Source: Pseudomonadota bacterium (GTDB lineage: Bacteria; Pseudomonadota; Gammaproteobacteria; Pseudomonadales; Pseudohongiellaceae). Taken from it: a stretch of DNA of 64,000 nucleotides. The position numbers were made by a program, and so were the translations under genes. Below, piece by piece: positions 57,514-64,000 of the stretch (the stretch's first letter is position 1; every line of letters starts with the position of its first letter). Location of the stretch: assembly GCA_027621405.1 (NCBI GenBank), contig JAQCBT010000013.1:20907-84906 (forward strand). The letters run 5' to 3'. The notes below the pieces were generated by a model. The model was not told the DNA's origin. It searched no databases and saw only the letters and a program-made list of their open reading frames with translations.

Positions 57514-58221
57514 TTACAGCTTGATGAACTTCAACACGATGCGATCGGTGTTGCGTCCCAATGCTTCATTGAAGGGGGGAAGTGTGTGATCGTCGGCTGG
57601 ATTGTCCAGGACATCGCTGGCTCCTACGAGGGCCAGGTTGCCATTAGCCAGCACAGCCTTTACCGCCTCGTCGAATGCGATTCTGTGCAGGGACTGATTA
57701 TCAGCGCCGGGTGTCCCTTCATGGTCGATGATGCCAAGAATACCGCCAGTCTTGAGCACGGAAACAACACCGTTCAGGATATTCTGGGCTGTGTCAGGAT
57801 TGGAATTGTGGAAATCGTGGAAGTTCAGGGCTGTGATAGCGAAATCCACTGAACCCGCAGCAGGATCGGTAATCGCGCCTACCTGTTCCACGTTGGGCAG
57901 ACGAGCAGCCTTTGCCGCGGCAGCCTCGGCGGCATTGCCACCCGGGCGATTCTGCATATAGACCTTGCCGTTAGGCCCAACTGCATAGGAAAGCACCTCG
58001 GTATACCAGCCTGTTGAGGCGTTAATATCCAGTACGGTCATGCCGGCCTCGAGACCGAGAAAATTCAGTACCGCGGGTGCCTGTCTGGAAGCGTCTCGCT
58101 CCTTGTCAGCGGCAGGGCGATCCGGGTTTGCCATAGCCCGCTCCAGGGCGGCCATGTCGAGATCCGCAAACGCGGAAGAACTGATTAGCACAGCTGCAAG
58201 CAGCGAAAGGGCAGATTTCAT
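57514..58221 (-). CDS. class I SAM-dependent methyltransferase fold protein with a Sec signal peptide
   Basis: MKSALSLLAAVLISSSAFA-DL signal. VLDINASTGWYTE is a motif-I-like glycine-poor variant. Confidence 0.75.
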   Translation of the reverse strand: MKSALSLLAAVLISSSAFADLDMAALERAMANPDRPAADKERDASRQAPAVLNFLGLEAGMTVLDINASTGWYTEVLSYAVGPNGKVYMQNRPGGNAAEAAAAKAARLPNVEQVGAITDPAAGSVDFAITALNFHDFHNSNPDTAQNILNGVVSVLKTGGILGIIDHEGTPGADNQSLHRIAFDEAVKAVLANGNLALVGASDVLDNPADDHTLPPFNEALGRNTDRIVLKFIKL

Positions 58222-58415
58222 AGGTTTAACCTTTTCTTGTCATTACTGAAACGGATCGATCGACTACGGACCGGGCAACGCCCTGTCCTGTGAGCCTGAT
58301 CGGGCATAGCAGAATAAACCAGCGCCGGGACCGATGACAATGAATTCGGCAAAACGAATCGCCCCTGCGATTGCTCGCCGCAGTGAACTGGAGACCAAAA
58401 TGGATCGACCTGGGG

Positions 58416-58616
58416 CTAGTGCAGTCGATGTGCGACCTTCAGTTCATCCTCGAAGAAAGCTTTTACCCTTAATAGCTGGCTGAGATCGCTCTCGTCTTCC
58501 ATGAGATAGAGGTGGCTCTCAATATCGTTGAGGATATTGGTTATGCTACCGGTATCGAGATTGCTCAGATCGAGATCGAAGGGGAAATTGTTTTCCTTTC
58601 TAGCTTCCTTAGACAT
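58416..58616 (-). CDS. possible small acidic protein (66 aa)
   Basis: Track ORF in an AT-rich stretch. AGGAG lies 13 nt upstream, which is far. No family recognised. Confidence 0.35.
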   Translation of the reverse strand: MSKEARKENNFPFDLDLSNLDTGSITNILNDIESHLYLMEDESDLSQLLRVKAFFEDELKVAHRLH

Positions 58617-58939
58617 GGCCCCTGGCTGCTCCTTATCTACGCCATATTCCCCGTAATGGTGGGGGTTACTGTTCGCACAAGGGGTTTATCGACTGACTTT
58701 AAGAAATCTTCATAAGAAATTCTTATATAAAGATTTTTTGGCTTTTTGCACGGGACCGCGTGATATTAACTCTGTAAACTTTACGCCGTTTTCATCTGGC
58801 ATTACACTACTCTCACGAAGTCGGTGAGATGCCTTTCCAGCCCGCTCACTTCGCAGCTTTCTGAAAATACTGGCTGAGAAAGCGAACCAATAAAAGTAAC
58901 AACTGGGGCACAGAGTTCCAGGGAGAGGCGCGAACATCG

Positions 58940-61297
58940 ATGAGAGCATTTATTGATGCCTGGGCAAGTTTTGTCATTGCCCGGAGAGCCGGAATCATCG
59001 GTGTCGCACTGTTACTTGTAGTACTCACCCTCACTACCGGCGGAACGATCCCCTTTGATAACAGCACCGAGCGCTATTTCATTCCCGGTGATCCAGCTCT
59101 ACTTGAATACGACAGCCTTTATGAAAATTTCGGCGATAACGAATATCTGATCGTCGGGATTGAAGCGAGCGGAACATCGACAGATGTATTCACCCAAGAT
59201 GCTCTGGATGCGCTGGCTCGACTCTCTGAGTTTCTCGAATTTCATCCCTACGTCACTCAACTCCGCTCGCTGAGCAATTACCAATATATACACGCCGACG
59301 GTGATGACCTGCGCACCGACTACCTGATTGATGACATCTACTCACTGGCTGATGATCCGATGGAAATTGAGCGGGTCAAGACCATCCTCGCTGAGGAAGA
59401 ACTCGCGATTGGTACCCTGATAACTGAAGATTTTCGTCACACCCGCATCGCGGCCAGAGTGGAATACAGCCCGGATAGCTCGGAGGTAAAGGTAGCCGTT
59501 ACCCAGGACCTCTATCGGTTTCTCGAAGAAACGAACCTGGAGTCTTCACAGTTCGCACTTCATCTGTCTGGTTACCCGCTGGTCAATGAACGCTTCGAGA
59601 CAGTCTCTTCTGAGGATACCGCTGTCCTGATACCGATCATGATCTTGGTGATGATTGTAATCCTGCTCATCAGCTTCCGCTCGATAGTCGCCATGTTGTT
59701 CCCCTGGCTGGTGATCGCTGGTGGTTTGCTGCTGTTGCTGGAATTGCAGTACTACATCGGTATTCCACACACCACCGTGGACAGTGCTGCCCTGCCTGCC
59801 ACCATGATCATCATTGGGGTCGGTATCAGCATTCATGTCATGCTGGAGTTCTTCTATGCCTGTCAGCGTGGAGGATGCGGCGAAGAGGCAGCGATCGATA
59901 CCGTACGCACTATCTGGCTACCGGCGCTATTTACAGCAGTGACAACATCAGCCGGGTTCCTCGCACTTTCTGTTACACGACTGCAACCGCTGCGGGAATT
60001 CGCCTTACTGGGGGCAATCGGCTCGATCCTGCTGTTTCTATTTGCACTGACAGTTCTGCCTGCACTTCTGAGCTACGTAAAAGCATTACCCAGGGGTACC
60101 GGCAGGATTCTTCAGGGCGGAGTCGTCTCTCGCATCACCGGTATGCTACCCGGGTTCACCCGCAGGTTTCGGCGGCCCATCATCATCGCCGGGCTGTTCA
60201 CAGTCCTGTTCTCGATCTGGAGTTTGCCCCGGGTACAGATAGACACAAACTACGAGACATTGTTCAGGCCTGATAGCCCCACCCGCCTGGATATCCACTA
60301 TTTCGATGAAGTCTATAAGGGCATGATGACACTCGACATCGTTCTAGACTCCGGTGCCGCAGAGGGAATCAAGGAACCGGCTTTCCTGCGGGATGCGCAA
60401 GAGATTCAGGATTGGCTCACAAAAAGAGAGACACTTGGCCCTGTTAATTCACTGGTCGACTACTTCAAAGAGATAAACAAGGCCCTTAATCGGGATAATC
60501 CACAATTCTACCGATTGCCCGATAGTCGCGAACTGGCCGCGCAGCTTCTGTTGCTCTATGACAGCGCCGGACCCAACGAGGATCTTTCCGACATCGTGGA
60601 TTTTGAGAACCGCCTGACCCGGCTGGTGATACCGGTGGTTAATATGCCAGCCTCGGAGATGCAGCAGGAACTGGATGTGATCCAGGATTACATGGAAGCG
60701 AATTACGATCATCTGGACCCGGTTGTTACCGGCACCATGGCCCTGTTAACTGCGCAGCAGATTTATACTGCCGAAGGCATGGCACGCAGCTTCCTTGTCG
60801 CGCTGGCAGTCATCACCTTCTTCTTCATCTTGCTGTTCCGTTCGGTGAAATACGGCATCCTGTCCATCATCCCCAGCGTTGTCCCCATCGTGCTGGCCGC
60901 TGGCGTAGCCAGCACCATGGGTGTATTCCTGGACCAGAGTGCTGTTGTCGTCTTCGCCATGACCATGGGACTGGCAGTGGATGACGCCATACACGTCATG
61001 AGTCGCTACCTGATGGGCAAGAATGCGGGTCTCTCAACCCACGAATCGATCAAACGTGCCATGAATGAATCAGGCCGTGCCGTGCTGTTCACTTCCATGG
61101 TGCTGATATTCGGGTTCAGCGTGCTGATATTTGGCTCCTTTACCACCGTAATTAATGTAGGACTTTTCGGGTCGATCATCATGTCACTGGCACTCATCGG
61201 CGATCTGGTCTTTCTGCCGGCAATCCTTCACTATGTGGATGGAGACACTGACGAGACGAATGCTGAAGTTAATTCTTTAAGTACTGATTCTCTTTAA
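58940..61297 (+). CDS. RND superfamily / MMPL-type exporter
   Basis: 785 aa with a 12-TM architecture in two halves, each 1 TM + periplasmic loop + 5 TM, and an SSD-like region. Confidence 0.85.
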   Translation: MRAFIDAWASFVIARRAGIIGVALLLVVLTLTTGGTIPFDNSTERYFIPGDPALLEYDSLYENFGDNEYLIVGIEASGTSTDVFTQDALDALARLSEFLEFHPYVTQLRSLSNYQYIHADGDDLRTDYLIDDIYSLADDPMEIERVKTILAEEELAIGTLITEDFRHTRIAARVEYSPDSSEVKVAVTQDLYRFLEETNLESSQFALHLSGYPLVNERFETVSSEDTAVLIPIMILVMIVILLISFRSIVAMLFPWLVIAGGLLLLLELQYYIGIPHTTVDSAALPATMIIIGVGISIHVMLEFFYACQRGGCGEEAAIDTVRTIWLPALFTAVTTSAGFLALSVTRLQPLREFALLGAIGSILLFLFALTVLPALLSYVKALPRGTGRILQGGVVSRITGMLPGFTRRFRRPIIIAGLFTVLFSIWSLPRVQIDTNYETLFRPDSPTRLDIHYFDEVYKGMMTLDIVLDSGAAEGIKEPAFLRDAQEIQDWLTKRETLGPVNSLVDYFKEINKALNRDNPQFYRLPDSRELAAQLLLLYDSAGPNEDLSDIVDFENRLTRLVIPVVNMPASEMQQELDVIQDYMEANYDHLDPVVTGTMALLTAQQIYTAEGMARSFLVALAVITFFFILLFRSVKYGILSIIPSVVPIVLAAGVASTMGVFLDQSAVVVFAMTMGLAVDDAIHVMSRYLMGKNAGLSTHESIKRAMNESGRAVLFTSMVLIFGFSVLIFGSFTTVINVGLFGSIIMSLALIGDLVFLPAILHYVDGDTDETNAEVNSLSTDSL

Positions 61298-61312
61298 TCT
61301 AAAATAAACTCA

Positions 61313-62137
61313 ATGAATCCAATTCGATCTGTCTTTCTTATTACACTCAACTGCATCAGCGTTGGCTTCGCCTCATCATTGAGCGCCGCCGAACTCTCCG
61401 CACTGGAAGTGATGCAAATGGTAGAGAGTCGCGACGATGGTGAATCTTTTGTCGCCGACTATACGATGGTGTTGATTGACCGCCGTGATCGGCAGCGCAC
61501 TCGCAGCTTGCGAATCTATTCCAAAGACTATGGAGCAGATACACGATCCCTCTCTCGTTTTGAAAGCCCCGCCGACATCCGAGGCACCGCCTACCTCAAC
61601 AATGACTGGGATGACCCGCAGAAGGATGATGACTCCTGGCTCTACCTGCCGGCCCTGCAAAGAGTCAAGCGTATTGCCAGCAGTGACACGTCGGATTCCT
61701 TTCTCGGTAGCGACTTCACTTACGCTGACATTAATGGTCTCGAGCTGGATTGGTACGACTATCGCTTCGTGAATGAATCAGAGGAGGTAGATGGACATGA
61801 TACCTGGGTCATCGAAGCTACCCCTAAGGCATCGATGAAAGAACAGGCCGAGGCAGCAACCGGATATTCCCGCCTGCAAACCTGGATACGAAAGGACAAT
61901 TTTGTACAGGTACGGGCCCAGGCCTGGGAGTTACGCGCCAATCGTATCAAGTATTTCAATTCCAGTGACATCAAGCAGGTTAACGGCATCTGGACCACCC
62001 ACAGACTACAGGCCGTGACTACCCGCAATGGCAGACAGGAGCACGCCAGTGTCTTGCAGCTGAACGACATCGACTATAACGCCGAAGTCGCTGACGAGAT
62101 GTTCACTACCGAATCCATGCAGCGAGGACTCGACTGA
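61313..62137 (+). CDS. LolA-like outer-membrane lipoprotein-sorting protein family
   Basis: Signal peptide. ...WLYLPALQRVKRIASSDTSDSFLGSDFTYADI... is the hallmark segment of the LolA_like family as I recall it. Confidence 0.8.
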   Translation: MNPIRSVFLITLNCISVGFASSLSAAELSALEVMQMVESRDDGESFVADYTMVLIDRRDRQRTRSLRIYSKDYGADTRSLSRFESPADIRGTAYLNNDWDDPQKDDDSWLYLPALQRVKRIASSDTSDSFLGSDFTYADINGLELDWYDYRFVNESEEVDGHDTWVIEATPKASMKEQAEAATGYSRLQTWIRKDNFVQVRAQAWELRANRIKYFNSSDIKQVNGIWTTHRLQAVTTRNGRQEHASVLQLNDIDYNAEVADEMFTTESMQRGLD

Positions 62138-62151
62138 TCTCGAGGCGTTAT

Positions 62152-63531
62152 GTGATCAGCAGTCAGGAAATATCCCGAACTAATTATCTGACTGCTGTTC
62201 TGTTGCTGGTCATTTGCGCACACGCCACTGCACAGGATGACTTCTTCTCCACCATCGATGTCGACATCGAAGAGTCCAGTGATCGCGGACCGCTAGAATT
62301 TCTCGGCTGGGTGAACCAGAAAATCGCCTATGGATTCCAGGCACCGGGTCCGCTGTTCTCACGCTCCGACAAGGAAATCAACCGCATCGAGACCTCGCTG
62401 TTTGGCCAGGTAGATGTCGAAGTCGACGCCGACACCGCCTTTCGCTTCGGCGCACGCATGTACCACGATGAAGTCTACCGCTGGTTTGATGACACACCCT
62501 ATCACCCCGATGAGATAAATGAGTTTCGCAATCGCTACGAGATTCGCGATTTCTACCTCGAGCATCAGTACGAAAATGGTGTGTATTTCAAGATTGGCAA
62601 CCAGATGCAGGTATGGGGTATGGCCGAGTATCTGCGGGTTACAGACCTGGTCAATATCGAGAACCAGTTTGCCCTCGGACAGCAGGATCTGGAGGATCTA
62701 CGCCTGCAGGTCCCGGCACTGCAATTAAGTTTTAACCTGGGTGACTGGGCCATCGACAATGTCGTTACCAAGCGTGCCGGCCGTAACCTGCTGTCTCCCA
62801 ACGGCGATGAATTCGATCAGTTCATCCTGTTTCGGCGGGCGGGTTTCGCCATACTGGAAGAATCGGTGGAGCACGATTCCGAGTATTTTCTGCGCGCCAG
62901 CACTCAGTTCTCCCAAGGCGACCTGCAGATTGTTGCCAGTGAATTTAACGACAACGGCGTTGGGCTACAGCGGCTGGAAGCCTTGCAGTCGGCGCAGCCA
63001 CAGGCGATTTTCAGGCAGAATCGGATGCGTGCGTTTGGATTCTCCGCGAACTGGGTGGAGGGTTCCTGGCTAGTGTTCGGCGAATTCGGCATCCATGAAG
63101 ACCGCCAGATGCAAAGCAATCAGGCCACGCTGCTGAATCGAGCGGATGGTTGGGAAGAGCGGGATCAGGTTCTAGGGGTATTCGGGGTGGAGTACAACGG
63201 TATTCGCGATCTCCTGCTAACTCTCGAGCTGGATGGAGTACACACTAAACAGCATGAAGACACCATGCTGGTGGATAGAACCCAATTGGGCGGTGGGCTT
63301 CGCGCCTATTGGACTCCGCTGAATGAACGCGTACAGGTGCTCGCCGTGTGGAATGAACTGGTAAATATTGCCGGTCGGGTGGTGCGCATTTCCGCGGACT
63401 ACAACTGGTCAGATAATCTCGATTTCGGGCTTTTGTGGGTCTCTTATGACCTGGATCAGGAAACTCCCTTCGCCGTGTACGAATTTAACGATGTATTTCA
63501 GTTGCAGTTGCGTTACAGTTTCCAACTCTAA
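62152..63531 (+). CDS. putative outer-membrane beta-barrel protein (DUF1302-like, uncertain)
   Basis: GTG start with GAGG upstream. Signal-like N-terminus. Alternating beta pattern. C-terminal ...LQLRYSFQL. Confidence 0.6.
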   Translation: MISSQEISRTNYLTAVLLLVICAHATAQDDFFSTIDVDIEESSDRGPLEFLGWVNQKIAYGFQAPGPLFSRSDKEINRIETSLFGQVDVEVDADTAFRFGARMYHDEVYRWFDDTPYHPDEINEFRNRYEIRDFYLEHQYENGVYFKIGNQMQVWGMAEYLRVTDLVNIENQFALGQQDLEDLRLQVPALQLSFNLGDWAIDNVVTKRAGRNLLSPNGDEFDQFILFRRAGFAILEESVEHDSEYFLRASTQFSQGDLQIVASEFNDNGVGLQRLEALQSAQPQAIFRQNRMRAFGFSANWVEGSWLVFGEFGIHEDRQMQSNQATLLNRADGWEERDQVLGVFGVEYNGIRDLLLTLELDGVHTKQHEDTMLVDRTQLGGGLRAYWTPLNERVQVLAVWNELVNIAGRVVRISADYNWSDNLDFGLLWVSYDLDQETPFAVYEFNDVFQLQLRYSFQL

Positions 63532-63557
63532 GGAGACCTGGTCAACGAGGACAGGGC

Positions 63558-64000
63558 ATGCTGCCAGAAAATACAATAAAAAATACGCAGTCATATCATC
63601 ATGGCAACGTCAAGGAAGCGCTCATCAATGCGGCGCTGAATCTCATCGAAAATAATCAGCTGGGCGTGCTCAGCCTGCGCCGTCTCGCCAAAGAGGTGGG
63701 AGTTACTCCCTCAGCTGTTTATAACCATTTCGCGGATAAAGAAAGCCTCATGCTGGCCATCAAGATCCGGCTTTATGAGGAGATCAACCTGTTCTTCGAT
63801 GCCCGCTCCAGTGGCGCTGAAGACCCGGAACAGGCATTGCTGGAAATATGCTTTGCCTATTTCCACTTTTCCCAGCAACAACCCGCACGTTTCCAATTCC
63901 TGTTCAGCAGCACTCTGCCGACAGAGCAATCGACCCCGGAATTCATCAAGGTTTCCTGTCACAGCGTGGTGAAGGCCAGAGCGCTGGTGTACAAGATATT
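63558..64000 (+). CDS. TetR/AcrR family regulator (3' end beyond the window)
   Basis: My own translation gives MLPENTIKNTQSYHHGNVKEALINAALNLIENNQLGVLSLRRLAKEVGVTPSAVYNHFADKESL, an HTH. The ORF is open at the window edge, so it is not in the track. Confidence 0.8.
   Translation, partial: MLPENTIKNTQSYHHGNVKEALINAALNLIENNQLGVLSLRRLAKEVGVTPSAVYNHFADKESLMLAIKIRLYEEINLFFDARSSGAEDPEQALLEICFAYFHFSQQQPARFQFLFSSTLPTEQSTPEFIKVSCHSVVKARALVYKI

Noticed and set aside
1-64000. I looked for CRISPR arrays, tRNA, rRNA or tmRNA genes, IS elements, integrases, and known defence or toxin-antitoxin gene pairs.
   Set aside because: I found none by eye. There are no regularly spaced direct repeats, no GGTTCGAATCC-type T-loop contexts, and no transposase, recombinase, methylase or reverse-transcriptase motifs in any ORF translation. 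A proper tRNAscan, Infernal or DefenseFinder run would be needed to exclude them formally.

Overview
This 64-kb window looks like ordinary chromosome from a Gram-negative bacterium, probably a marine-type gammaproteobacterium. That guess rests on Tat and Sec signals, lipoboxes, a TonB-dependent receptor, LolA-like and RND proteins, and roughly mid-50s % GC judged by eye.

I support about 56 protein-coding genes. I found no rRNA, tRNA, CRISPR array, transposase, integrase or recognisable phage or defence gene.

Main blocks:
- 1-4.6 kb: an exported MBL hydrolase, then four co-oriented exported proteins of unknown function.
- 5-20 kb: mixed housekeeping and accessory genes. These include a Tat dienelactone hydrolase, an FMN reductase, a Tat NHL-repeat protein, an orphan Ycf46-like AAA+ ATPase, MarR, a beta-helix lipoprotein, an EamA transporter, an HNH protein and an SDR.
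- 20.1-22.6 kb: a TonB-dependent receptor.
- 22.7-25.8 kb: an AT-rich islet with three small co-oriented genes.
- 26-42.5 kb: a 16-kb run of minus-strand genes. It holds glpQ, a CBM9/DUF5916 protein, a PD40 protein plus a 1120-aa M1-M28-PDZ peptidase, a D-cysteine desulfhydrase-like gene, and a Tat-exported Mo/FeS/FAD hydroxylase with a cytochrome b.
- 43.2-49.2 kb: gltBD.
- 49.3-58.2 kb: NatAB-like ABC transporter, pabB-pabC fusion, LysE, MsbA-like exporter.
- 58.9-64 kb: an RND/MMPL, LolA-like, beta-barrel and TetR cluster.

The most unusual signals are non-coding:
- A 258-bp element with perfect 31-bp terminal inverted repeats, which looks like a MITE.
- A local family of 28-bp-arm palindromes sharing GGGGACACT termini. 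They bracket a two-gene module next to the Mo-hydroxylase operon.
- A 19-bp tandem duplication across a stop codon.
- A ~640-bp AT-rich single-gene insertion flanked by ~50-bp degenerate direct repeats.
- A 16/19 Fur box in front of the PD40 and double-metallopeptidase operon.
- A Pho-box-like repeat in front of glpQ.

I see no canonical defence or mobile system. All family names come from reading the translations and are not database results.
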